Source: a bacterium (lineage in GTDB: Bacteria > Patescibacteriota > Andersenbacteria > UBA10190). From it: 64,000 nt of DNA. The stretch's first letter is position 1. Each line of letters starts with the position of its first letter. The position numbers were made by a program, and so were the translations under genes. The DNA lies in contig JBDRMS010000006.1 in NCBI GenBank assembly GCA_043811915.1, forward strand, positions 22,870 to 86,869, written 5' to 3'. The notes beneath the pieces are model-generated. The model was not told the DNA's origin and ran no database searches. It saw only the letters and a list, made by a program, of their open reading frames with translations. Shown here piece after piece: positions 38,215 through 47,193 of this stretch.

Positions 38215-39426
38215 ATGCCATTAAAGAAGCCAACTATCGAAAACGTTGCCAACATCAAAGTAATTGGTGTGGGAGGTTCCGGAAATGCGGCTTTGAATCG
38301 AATGGTGGAGGCAAAGATTAAAGGGGTGGAGTTTATAGCTGTTAATACTGATGCTCAAGCACTGCATTATTCTGGTGCGCAAACGAAGTTGCATATTGGG
38401 CAAAACCTGACGCGAGGTCTGGGAGCGGGAATGAATCCGGCTATCGGCCAGCAAGCGGTGGAGGAGAGCAGGGAAGAAATCCACGATATGATAAAGGGGT
38501 CAGATATGGTGTTCGTTACCTGTGGTTTTGGCGGCGGAACGGGCACAGGTGGAGCACCGCCGGTGTGTGAGATTGCCAAGGAAACCGGGGCATTGACAGT
38601 GGCGGTAGTCACAAAGCCTTTTTCTTTTGAAGGGCAGCAGCGCATGACGGTAGCTGAAGAAGGACTGGCGGAGTTAAATGATCGGGTTGATGCGGCAGTG
38701 ATTATTCCCAATGATCGCCTGCTGCAGATTATCGATAAGAAAACAAGTTTGTTGGACGCGTTCAAGGTGGTGGATGATGTTTTACGCCAGGGTGTACAGG
38801 GTATCTCTGACCTGATTACGCAGCACGGCATGGTTAATGTGGACTTTGCTGATATTAGGGCAATTGTTGAAAATGCGGGATCTGCGTTGATGGGCATTGG
38901 ACGGGCTGCCGGGGAGAATCGAGCGGTGGAAGCAGCGCGGGCGGCTGTGGAAAGTCCCATGTTGGATGTAACGGTGGACGGGGCCAAGGGAGTTATTTTT
39001 AATATCACGGCGGGGAATGACTTGCGCATGTATGAAGTAGAAGAGGTGGCTCGTGTTATTACTGAAAATGTTGATCCTAACGCCAAGGTTATATTTGGAG
39101 CGGTTATTGATCCGAATCAGGTGGAAGAGGGGGAACTGAAAATAACGGTGGTGGCCACCGGGTTTGATAAGCCGGAGGTGATGCGGGGCGGACAGCAGCG
39201 GTACAGCGGGGCGGTGCAGTTTGGTTCGCCCTTTTCAGGATCGGCGGAAGCGCCGGAAGAACCAATGCATAAGGTGGAGAGACGTATGGTACAGCCCGGA
39301 AGCGAACGGACGACGACGACAGAGCCGGCTGCCGAAGAGGAAGACCTGGATGTGCCGACTTTCATCCGGCGGAAGATGCGGGAGCAGCGTGAAGCGCGGA
39401 TAAAGAAAAAAGGGACTGGTAATTAG
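38215..39426 (+). CDS. ftsZ: cell division GTPase FtsZ
   Basis: Tubulin signature [12 protein letters not shown], an [14 protein letters not shown]-terminus and a C-terminal conserved peptide ([11 protein letters not shown]). Confidence 0.9.
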   Translation: MPLKKPTIENVANIKVIGVGGSGNAALNRMVEAKIKGVEFIAVNTDAQALHYSGAQTKLHIGQNLTRGLGAGMNPAIGQQAVEESREEIHDMIKGSDMVFVTCGFGGGTGTGGAPPVCEIAKETGALTVAVVTKPFSFEGQQRMTVAEEGLAELNDRVDAAVIIPNDRLLQIIDKKTSLLDAFKVVDDVLRQGVQGISDLITQHGMVNVDFADIRAIVENAGSALMGIGRAAGENRAVEAARAAVESPMLDVTVDGAKGVIFNITAGNDLRMYEVEEVARVITENVDPNAKVIFGAVIDPNQVEEGELKITVVATGFDKPEVMRGGQQRYSGAVQFGSPFSGSAEAPEEPMHKVERRMVQPGSERTTTTEPAAEEEDLDVPTFIRRKMREQREARIKKKGTGN

Positions 39427-39459
39427 TAATCGGCGTGTTGCTCGTATTAATATTTGTAG

Positions 39460-40866
39460 GTGCGAGCTTTTTTAGTGGTTTTATTGTTGGCCTGGTTGGT
39501 TGGCGTTGCGTTGGGGATAGCGGGACTATCTGTGGTAGTGATGTTATTGGCGGCGGCGGCGTTTGGTTTGGGAGCCGTGCGGCATTGCTTTCAACTAGCT
39601 ATAACTACTGCGTTGTTGATCTGTTTGGGGTATGTGTGGGGCGGTTACGCGGGCATTTCCGGAATAGGCGATTGCAATTTTGAGCCGGGGGCGACAGGCG
39701 GGATTATCGGTCAGCCGCGAATTGAGGCAGAGAGAGTTTTGGTAGTAATACAAAGTGAACATAGTTGTCGGGCGCTGGTTACGACTGGTCGCTTTAGTGA
39801 ACTGGAAGAAGGAGATGTGCTCGAACTAACTGGCGGGCAGGTGCAATCACTTCAGGAAGTGCGGGATTATTCTGCGGGTTATGCTGGATATTTGGAGCGG
39901 CGGGGGATTAGTGCGACGTGGAGATACCCAAATATTAATGTGGCTCAGCCAAGCAGTAATTGGACAAATATGTTGCATGACAGAGTGCGAGAGCGGGTCA
40001 CATCATTGTTCATAGAGCCAGACGCCAGCGTAGTGCTGGCGGTGTTGCTGGCCGAGAAGGGCACGTTGCCGGATCAGTTGGTGGAACAGTTTAGGACGAC
40101 TGGCGTCAGCCATGTCTTAGCTATTTCCGGCCTGCATATATCGTTATTAACCGGTATGTTGCTGGCGGTGTTGATGGCGTTGCCGCTGGCACCACGGGTG
40201 CGGACGGTCGTGGTACTTGCCTGGTTGTGGTCCTATGTTGTTTTTATTGGATGGCCGACTTCGGCGACCCGGGCGGCTGCTTTCTGGACTATTGCGCTGG
40301 TGGCGTTACAACTGCACGTTTTGGTTAGCCTGCCGACAATTTTGTTGCTGGCGGCAACTGTGCTGGTTTCTTTGGATCCCTTGTTTTTATTAGATGTTGG
40401 TTTTCAGCTTTCGATTAGTGCAGTGGCGGGGATTTTTATAGTGTTGTTTTTAACGCGTGATTTGCCTAAGCGGAGCTGGGTTCTTGATTTAACATTGGTT
40501 TCCCTGGGGGCCTGGTTAGCCACGGGCCCAGTGATTGCCTATCATTTTGGCAATGTTGTTTTGTCAGGCGTAATGACGAACTTGCTAGTTGTACCTCTAG
40601 TGCCGGCGTTGTTGGTGTTGGCTGTGGTGGCGCTGCTGCTGTCGCTAGTATTTATGCCAGCGGCAATGCTGATGACCTGGTTGACGCATGGCGTTATCGG
40701 TTGGATTGATTGGGCTACTAGCCTTATTTCCGCCCAGCCTGGCCTTTTTTATGAAGGAGTAAATGTGCCGGTGTGGTCGGTGTTTGTCTATTATCTAGTT
40801 ATGATCGGTCTAGGCGGAGTGGTTTTGCGGTATCAGAAGCGTAACTGGCGGGAGATATGGCAATGA
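39460..40866 (+). CDS. comEC: ComEC/Rec2 DNA-uptake channel, membrane competence domain
   Basis: 468 aa polytopic. Competence-domain signature TGVSHVLAISGLHISLLTG. Confidence 0.75.
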   Translation: MRAFLVVLLLAWLVGVALGIAGLSVVVMLLAAAAFGLGAVRHCFQLAITTALLICLGYVWGGYAGISGIGDCNFEPGATGGIIGQPRIEAERVLVVIQSEHSCRALVTTGRFSELEEGDVLELTGGQVQSLQEVRDYSAGYAGYLERRGISATWRYPNINVAQPSSNWTNMLHDRVRERVTSLFIEPDASVVLAVLLAEKGTLPDQLVEQFRTTGVSHVLAISGLHISLLTGMLLAVLMALPLAPRVRTVVVLAWLWSYVVFIGWPTSATRAAAFWTIALVALQLHVLVSLPTILLLAATVLVSLDPLFLLDVGFQLSISAVAGIFIVLFLTRDLPKRSWVLDLTLVSLGAWLATGPVIAYHFGNVVLSGVMTNLLVVPLVPALLVLAVVALLLSLVFMPAAMLMTWLTHGVIGWIDWATSLISAQPGLFYEGVNVPVWSVFVYYLVMIGLGGVVLRYQKRNWREIWQ

Positions 40867-41777
40867 AAGAGCAGAGGGCAGAGATTAAAGATAAAAGTTA
40901 CGGGCTGGAAGCTGGGGTCTTGATTTTGATTATTATTTTGCTGCTGCTGGCAGTGGTGCCGGGGGTGGAGGATAAAGTGGTTTTTCTGGATGTGAGGCAA
41001 GGAGACTCTATTCTTTTGCAAAGTAAAACTAATCAAGTATTGATTGACGGTGGACCGGGGATGACGGTATTGCGTCGGCTGGGGGAAGAAATGCCGTGGT
41101 TCGACAGAAGAATTGAGGTGGTGGTACTAACTCATCCCCAACGAGATCACATGGAAGGGTTGTTGCATGCGCTGGACAGATATGAAGTGGGAATGGTGCT
41201 GCTACCAAAAATTGCTCATACCTCGCAAATGCAGGAGGCGTGGCTGAAGAGAATTACCAGTAAGGGAATTGCTTATCGTTTTGCCTGGGCAGGCGAAAAG
41301 ATTGTTGCGGGAGATATGATGATGACAATATTGGGGCCGTTTGACACTGAAGCGGCCAGGGCAGCAGCGCGAGCCAATTTGAATAATGTGGCAGTGGTGG
41401 CGCGAGTGGACTATGGCGGGATGTCTTTCCTGCTAACGGGGGACATTGAGAAGCGGATGGAGAGGATGTTGGTGTTGGAGTATGCGCGCGCCTCCTCACC
41501 AAGGGTTTTCCCGGCACGCGCTGCGAATGTCCTCGACGTTGATGTTTTGAAGGCCGGGCATCACGGCAGTAAGACTTCTACTAATGAGATATTGATTGAC
41601 AAGGCGAAGCCGGCGGCGGCGGTAATATCGGTGGGGGCTGATAATAAGTTTGGCCATCCTCATCCGGATGTACTGGCGCGTCTGGGCGATATACCGGTTT
41701 GGCGGACGGATGAAGCGGGATCGATTGGTTTTAAGTTGATGGATGATGGGCGGTGGATAATTGATGTTGACGGGTGA
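40857..41777 (+). CDS. ComEC C-terminal metallo-beta-lactamase-fold domain encoded as a separate overlapping ORF
   Basis: 306 aa. VLLQSKTNQVLIDGGPG...VVVLTHPQRDHMEGL HxHxDH-type MBL motif. Overlaps the upstream ComEC ORF by 10 nt in a different frame. Confidence 0.7.
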   Translation: MAMKEQRAEIKDKSYGLEAGVLILIIILLLLAVVPGVEDKVVFLDVRQGDSILLQSKTNQVLIDGGPGMTVLRRLGEEMPWFDRRIEVVVLTHPQRDHMEGLLHALDRYEVGMVLLPKIAHTSQMQEAWLKRITSKGIAYRFAWAGEKIVAGDMMMTILGPFDTEAARAAARANLNNVAVVARVDYGGMSFLLTGDIEKRMERMLVLEYARASSPRVFPARAANVLDVDVLKAGHHGSKTSTNEILIDKAKPAAAVISVGADNKFGHPHPDVLARLGDIPVWRTDEAGSIGFKLMDDGRWIIDVDG

Positions 41778-41798
41778 GGAGAATTTGTTAATGTTAGT

Positions 41799-41925
41799 AA
41801 CCGGTAGATGTTGTTTTTAAAGTTTGATCAAAAGGGATAAGTGAAGTGGGTGTAACTCCCACGCTGTGCCGCAACGGTAACCCCGCCTTTAGGCGGGGGA
41901 GTCCGATCCTTATCCGGTGTGTTAA
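41799..41925 (+). ncRNA. candidate cobalamin (B12) riboswitch
   Basis: Matches the remembered cobalamin-riboswitch core: GGGATAAGTGAAGTGGGTGTAACTCCCACGCTGTGCCGCAACGGTAA (GGTG.AA.TCC...GCTG.CCGCAAC.GTAA). A GC hairpin CCCCGCC-ttta-GGCGGGG and an AGTCCG B12-box-like segment follow. ACCGGT at both ends can close a P1 helix. The element sits directly upstream of the DUF4430 gene. Confidence 0.55.
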
Positions 41926-42004
41926 TTATTATTTAGCTTCCGAGCAGGGGCGCAAAGAAAGAATATTTGTCTCCTTGCTCTGGAAAATCAAGAAAGGAGA
42001 TTTT

Positions 42005-42472
42005 TTGTTAAAAGAGAAAAAAATTTATCGGGTGCGGGTTGAGATAGTAACGCTGTTGATATTGGTGCCGCTGGTGCTGGTGCTGGGGGCGGTGTTGAGT
42101 AGTTGGCCGCAAGACGCTGAAGAAAGTAAGCCGGCTGTTGCAGGCGAGGCACGACAAGTAGTGACGCTGAATATTCAGGGTCCTGGGGAAGTTATGGTGT
42201 ATGAGGTGGCTGTTGAGGGTGAAGCAACTGTTCGGGAGGTGTTAGAGGGGGCAGTTGTGCGAAGCGGCCTACTGCTTGACGTAAAGGACTACGGAGAGGA
42301 GTTGGGAATTTTTGTGGAAGCGATTAACGGGGTAGCAGGAGATGCCGGTCGCGGCACTTACTGGCATTTGTATATCAACGACGTATTGTCGCCGGTGGGG
42401 GCATCAACGGCCAAAGTGATGCCGGGCGACAGGATAACCTGGAAATATGAAAAACAGCATGAAGAAAATTAG
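42005..42472 (+). CDS. membrane-anchored DUF4430 (transcobalamin-like beta-domain) protein
   Basis: Start chosen at TTG 42005, preceded by AAAGGAG (41993-41999). The six-frame ORF start at 41846 would run through the riboswitch and hairpin. Has a signal anchor, then VTLNIQGPGEVMVYEVAVEGEATVREVL...GIFVEAINGVAGDAGRGTYWHLYINDVLSPVGASTAKVMPGDRITWKYE, which fits the DUF4430 pattern (G.FV..ING......W.Y.VN........Y.L..GD.I.W.Y). Confidence 0.55.
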   Translation: MLKEKKIYRVRVEIVTLLILVPLVLVLGAVLSSWPQDAEESKPAVAGEARQVVTLNIQGPGEVMVYEVAVEGEATVREVLEGAVVRSGLLLDVKDYGEELGIFVEAINGVAGDAGRGTYWHLYINDVLSPVGASTAKVMPGDRITWKYEKQHEEN

Positions 42473-44321
42473 TTTACTGGTAGTTTGTGTAGTGGGAATA
42501 GCCTGGGGCGCGTTGACGTTACAGGCGGCCGGGGAAGCAACTGTTGATTTAAGAATAGAGGGGAGCGAGAGCACAGTGTTTGCAAGGCCGGTTACAGTGT
42601 CGGATTGCAGTATTGCAGATGTAGGAGGAGTTGAGCACGAAATGTCAGGGGTGGCAGCGTGCGCTCTGGCAAAGGCGGCGGAGCAGAGCAGTTTCGAGAT
42701 GGAATTCAAGGATTTTGGCTTCGGTTTGTTTCTGGACAGAATTGGTTCGGATAGTACACCGGATGACTTTTCACAGAGCTGGTCTTTTTGGACCAATGAC
42801 AGCCCGGCCAGCGTGGGAGTTGACACCTACGAGGTGGAAGAAGGGGATAACTTATTACTGGCTTTTTCCGCCTGGCCGGCAGTGCCGCTGCGAGTGACGG
42901 GACCGGATGCGGCCGAGGCCGGCGAGACCATTACTTTTCTGGTAGAGAAGCGTGTAGGGGAATATGACGATAGCTTTATCTGGCAGGGCGGGTGGCAGGC
43001 GGCAGAAAATGCGATTTTGGATGTGGGAAGTAATGAATACCAGGTACCCGCTGACGGCGTGGTTAGAGTGACACTGGATAGCCCAGGGACAATAGCAGTG
43101 CAGGCGCGGGGAGAGGGACTGGTGCGCAGCAGCAGGCATGTAGTAGAAGTGGCGGCAGTGGTGGCGAGTCCGAGCGCGGAACCGACTGTGTCGCCAAGTC
43201 CGAACCCTAGTCCTTCATCCAGCAATAGCTCATCACCAAGCCCAAGCGTGGTGCCGGTTAGTGTTAATATGCGGCAAGACAGCGCGGGGCGGGCGCTTGT
43301 CTATCTGCGCGGGCAGCAAAGCAGTGATGGCACCATTGGCGGCTCAATGACGTCGGCCTGGAGCGCGATGGCTTTTGGGGCTGATTATCAGAGGGCACAA
43401 AATATTATGAAAGGCGGCGCTTCTTTGCTGGATGGATTAGAACAGGCTGTCTTGAGCAGTGCCACTGATGTGGAGCGGCAAATAATGGCGGTGCGGGCGG
43501 CGGGCATTAACCCAAGGTCATTTGCTGGCAGTGATTTGGTTATGGAATTAAAAAGTTATTATCGACAAGGTCAATTTGGTGAGGAGAGCCTGATTAATGA
43601 TGATGTGTTTGGTATATTGGCACTGTTGGCTGCCGAAGAGCCGATAGAATCGCCGGAAATAAGGGGGGCAGTAAAGACTGTGCTGTCTGCCCAGAAGTTT
43701 GACGGATCGTGGGATAACATTGATATGACGGCGGCGGCGGTGCAGGCGTTGAATGTTTATGCGAAACGGGGGGGCAGTATAGCAGTCGGTGGTGCAGTAA
43801 TCAGGGCGCGTGATTATTTACGTAATAGTCAGGACAAGTATGGTGGCTGGGGAGAAAATTCGGCCACGACGGCCTGGACTATTCAGGCGGTGGTGGCGCT
43901 GGGGGAGAAGGTGGATAGTTGGAAAAATAATGATGGCATGACGCCATGGCAGGCCTTGCTTCGTTATCGGAATAATAACGGTGGTTTTGGCTGGAGAGAA
44001 AAGAATGATGTGTCGGCATTTATGACGGCATACGCGGTGCCGGCGTTGCTTGGCCGGGCATGGCCGATTACTTTATTGGAATTGGAGACATCCTTGGCCA
44101 CATCTCCATTGCCGGCGGTGGCTGGTGCTGTGACGGCGATAGCTACCGTGGCGCCGGTAAGTTCTCTAGTGCCAGAGGTGGTATCGGAAGAGGTGGCTAA
44201 TGTTAATGTTGGTGATGATTTTGTTGCGCCCAGGGCGGTGGACCGTAACTTTGCGATTACTTTATTTGGTTTAGCTAATTTGGGTATTGGGGTGGCGGTG
44301 GCTAGAATGATTTTGATATGA
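42447..44321 (+). CDS. secreted DUF4430 + alpha/alpha-toroid (prenyltransferase/terpene-cyclase-like repeat) protein with C-terminal membrane anchor; transcobalamin-like architecture
   Basis: 624 aa. Signal peptide, N-terminal DUF4430-like beta domain (TVDLRIEGSESTVFARPVTV...SWSFWTNDSPASVGVDTYEVEEGDNLLLAFS) and a Ser/Pro linker. Repeated aromatic/Gly-Trp motifs of alpha/alpha-toroid repeats follow (SDGTIGGSMTSAWSAMAF, KYGGWGENSATTAWTIQAV, NNGGFGWREKNDVSAFMTAYAVPAL), then a C-terminal hydrophobic anchor. Confidence 0.55.
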   Translation: MKNSMKKISLLVVCVVGIAWGALTLQAAGEATVDLRIEGSESTVFARPVTVSDCSIADVGGVEHEMSGVAACALAKAAEQSSFEMEFKDFGFGLFLDRIGSDSTPDDFSQSWSFWTNDSPASVGVDTYEVEEGDNLLLAFSAWPAVPLRVTGPDAAEAGETITFLVEKRVGEYDDSFIWQGGWQAAENAILDVGSNEYQVPADGVVRVTLDSPGTIAVQARGEGLVRSSRHVVEVAAVVASPSAEPTVSPSPNPSPSSSNSSSPSPSVVPVSVNMRQDSAGRALVYLRGQQSSDGTIGGSMTSAWSAMAFGADYQRAQNIMKGGASLLDGLEQAVLSSATDVERQIMAVRAAGINPRSFAGSDLVMELKSYYRQGQFGEESLINDDVFGILALLAAEEPIESPEIRGAVKTVLSAQKFDGSWDNIDMTAAAVQALNVYAKRGGSIAVGGAVIRARDYLRNSQDKYGGWGENSATTAWTIQAVVALGEKVDSWKNNDGMTPWQALLRYRNNNGGFGWREKNDVSAFMTAYAVPALLGRAWPITLLELETSLATSPLPAVAGAVTAIATVAPVSSLVPEVVSEEVANVNVGDDFVAPRAVDRNFAITLFGLANLGIGVAVARMILI

Positions 44322-44878
44322 AGAAGGATTACTTGCTCTGGTTTTTCCTGGCGGCATTGATAGCGGGAGCGGCAATGGTGCGGGTGGGTAGTCATTTTCC
44401 CAACGCCACGCCGGTGGCGGCTGTTGCCTTATTGGCTGGAGCTGGTTTGAAGACGCGCTGGGCGGCGGCGGTGCCGCTGATAGCGATGGCTGTATCTGAC
44501 GTGTTTATTGGTTTTTCTCCATGGCCGATTACGGTGGCGGTTTACGGGTCGTTTGCCTTGATAGCATTGTTGGGCCGCTGGCTTGAGAACAATAGAGCGG
44601 CGGGGCGGGTAGTCGCGGCGGCGCTAGCTTCGTCTATATTATTTTATCTGATTACTAATGGGGCGGTGTGGTGGTTCAGCGGTCTTTATGCGCACACGGT
44701 GGATGGGCTTATCCTTTGTTATTACCTGGCCATACCATTTTTCCGCAATACGATGCTGGGAGACCTGGCTTATACGGGCGGCTTGTTCCTGGTGGTGGAA
44801 TATGTGCCGACGTTAGCGAACCTTTTCCACAATTTTCACAACAAAATTAAAATTCACTATGGTACACTGGTCGGATGA
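44318..44878 (+). CDS. small polytopic membrane protein, candidate vitamin-transporter substrate-binding (ECF-S / BtuM-like) component
   Basis: 186 aa, about 5-6 TM helices. Size and topology are typical of energy-coupling-factor S components. The functional call rests on gene context only. Confidence 0.35.
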   Translation: MKKDYLLWFFLAALIAGAAMVRVGSHFPNATPVAAVALLAGAGLKTRWAAAVPLIAMAVSDVFIGFSPWPITVAVYGSFALIALLGRWLENNRAAGRVVAAALASSILFYLITNGAVWWFSGLYAHTVDGLILCYYLAIPFFRNTMLGDLAYTGGLFLVVEYVPTLANLFHNFHNKIKIHYGTLVG

Positions 44879-47193
44879 ATTATTTTAAAACACTGCAGAA
44901 AGTAAACATCAGGTTTTCGCTTAGTGAGGGAGACGTGGCGAATATTCCTTCAATTCGTAAGCGGGATGGCCGAGTGGTGTCGTTTTCTCTGGACAAAATA
45001 TCGCAGGCAGTGTTGAAGGCGTTGAAAGTGACAAAAGAGGGGGATGAGTCGGATGCTGACTTTATTGCCAAGAAGGTGGCACGAGATGTATTGAAATTGA
45101 GGCGAGCCAGCCACAGTGAGCGGTTTGTGCCGGATGTGGAAATGATTCAGGATCTGGTAGAGGAAGAGTTGATGTTGCAGGATTTTGTCAAAACGGCCAA
45201 GGCTTACATTTTATACAGGGAGAAACATGCGGAGCTGCGGGAGATTAAGGGAGTGGTGCCGGCTCGAGTGAAGGATCTGGTGGCCAGGAGTAGAAAATAT
45301 TTCCGAAACCCGTTGGCCGAGTTTATTTACTTTCGCACTTACGCGCGCTGGATTGATGAAGAAGGACGGCGCGAGACCTGGATTGAAACGGTGGATCGCT
45401 ACCTGGACTTTATGAAGGAGAATATAGGTGATCGTTTGAGTGAAGAGGAATACAGCGAAGTGCGCCAGGCTATTTTGAATCATGAGGCGATGCCTTCCAT
45501 GCGGTTGATGCAGTTTGCGGGTAAGGCGGCGCGAAATACCAACGTATGCACCTATAATTGTTCTTACATTGCCCCTTCCAATTGGCAGGATTTTGCTGAG
45601 GTAATGTATGTGTCGATGTGCGGGACAGGAGTCGGTTTCTCAGTAGAGAGTCAAAACATACAGGCCCTGCCTCAGATTAAGAAACAGACGGGAGAGCAGC
45701 TGCCGAAACAGGTGGTGGATGACAGCAAGGAAGGCTGGGCTGATGCGCTGGCGCTGGGCTTAAACACGTGGGCTGACGGCAAAGACATTAAGTTTGATTT
45801 ATCAGGACTAAGGCCAGCCGGAGCCAGATTGAAAACGATGGGCGGCAAAAGTTCCGGTCCGGAGCCGCTGCGCCAGCTGCTGGAGTTCACGCGCAGCAAA
45901 ATGTTGAATAAACAGGGCAAGCGGCTGTCGAACATCGATGCCCACGACATCCTGTGTAAGATTGGTGATTGTGTGGTGTCTGGCGGAGTGAGACGCAGTG
46001 CTTTGATTTCTCTGTCTGATCTGGATGATACCGATATGCGTGATGCCAAGAAGGGACAGTTTTATGTGCAGGAGCCGCAGCGAAGTCTAGCTAATAATTC
46101 GGCGGTGTATCATGAGAAGCCGCTAACCACCGACTTTATTGATGAGTGGGTGGCGCTGATGAAGAGCGGCAGCGGTGAGCGGGGTATATTTAACCGGGGA
46201 AATTTATCGCAGACGCTGCCCAGGCGTCGGTTGGAACGGCTGGTCAAGGGTGAGGAGCCGCAGTGGGGCACAAACCCGTGCGGAGAAATTATCCTGAAGT
46301 CGAAGCAGTTTTGTAACTTAACGGAAGTAGTGGCGCGGCCGAAGGATACATTGGAAAACTTGAAGCACAAGATAAAAATAGCGTCGATTCTAGGTACCTA
46401 CCAGGCGACACTGACTAACTTTCCTTATTTGTCCAAAGAGTGGCAGGAGAACTGTGAGACGGAACGGTTACTGGGTGTTTCTATCACGGGGCAGTGGGAC
46501 TGTGAGACGGTGAGGGATAAAAAAGTATTGCAGCAGTTGCGGGAAGAGGCGGTGGCGACAAACAAAGAATACGCGGAGAGGTTTGGTATTCCTCAGGCAA
46601 CTTGCGTGACCTGTGTCAAGCCTTCCGGCACGGTATCGCAGGTGGTGGACTGTGCTTCGGGTATGCACCCGCGGCACGCCAGGTATTACATTCGCCGGGT
46701 CCGTATTTCGGCTACGGACGCACTGTTTATGATGTTGAAAGATCAAGGCGTGCCTTATTATCCGGAAGTTGGTCAGTCGGTGGAAGATGCCAGCACATAC
46801 GTGTTTGAGTTTCCGGTTAAGGCACCGGAAGGAGCGGTGGTGAAGGATGACCTCACGGCGTTGGAGCAGCTTTTGCACTGGAAAATGGTCAAGGAAAACT
46901 TTACGGAGCATAATCCGTCGGTAACTATTTCGGTGGGAGACGATGAGTGGATTCGAGTGGCTGACTGGTTGTATGATAATTGGGAGTTGGTGGGAGGACT
47001 GTCATTCCTGCCGCGGACAGACCACGTGTATCAGCTGGCGCCCTATGAGGAGATAGACAAGGAACGTTACGAAGAGTTGCTGAAAGGAATGCAAGACATA
47101 GACTATGCCAAAATCGTTACTTATGAAAAAATGGATGACACGGATGTGAAGATGGAACTGGCCTGTGCGGCGGGGGTGTGTGATATAGGGTGA
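44875..47193 (+). CDS. nrdJ: class II adenosylcobalamin-dependent ribonucleotide reductase with N-terminal ATP-cone
   Basis: 772 aa. ATP-cone (VVSFSLDKISQAVLKALKV), catalytic NPCGEI motif (WGTNPCGEIILKSKQFCNLTEV), a thiyl-radical Cys loop and C-terminal redox cysteines (ACAAGVCD). Confidence 0.85.
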   Translation: MNYFKTLQKVNIRFSLSEGDVANIPSIRKRDGRVVSFSLDKISQAVLKALKVTKEGDESDADFIAKKVARDVLKLRRASHSERFVPDVEMIQDLVEEELMLQDFVKTAKAYILYREKHAELREIKGVVPARVKDLVARSRKYFRNPLAEFIYFRTYARWIDEEGRRETWIETVDRYLDFMKENIGDRLSEEEYSEVRQAILNHEAMPSMRLMQFAGKAARNTNVCTYNCSYIAPSNWQDFAEVMYVSMCGTGVGFSVESQNIQALPQIKKQTGEQLPKQVVDDSKEGWADALALGLNTWADGKDIKFDLSGLRPAGARLKTMGGKSSGPEPLRQLLEFTRSKMLNKQGKRLSNIDAHDILCKIGDCVVSGGVRRSALISLSDLDDTDMRDAKKGQFYVQEPQRSLANNSAVYHEKPLTTDFIDEWVALMKSGSGERGIFNRGNLSQTLPRRRLERLVKGEEPQWGTNPCGEIILKSKQFCNLTEVVARPKDTLENLKHKIKIASILGTYQATLTNFPYLSKEWQENCETERLLGVSITGQWDCETVRDKKVLQQLREEAVATNKEYAERFGIPQATCVTCVKPSGTVSQVVDCASGMHPRHARYYIRRVRISATDALFMMLKDQGVPYYPEVGQSVEDASTYVFEFPVKAPEGAVVKDDLTALEQLLHWKMVKENFTEHNPSVTISVGDDEWIRVADWLYDNWELVGGLSFLPRTDHVYQLAPYEEIDKERYEELLKGMQDIDYAKIVTYEKMDDTDVKMELACAAGVCDIG

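Noticed and set aside
41846-42004. Six-frame ORF start at 41846 giving a 208-aa product
   Set aside because: The first ~50 codons run through the riboswitch-like element and a GC hairpin and have no RBS. A TTG at 42005 with an AAAGGAG RBS immediately precedes the signal anchor, so the N-terminal extension is treated as an artefact.
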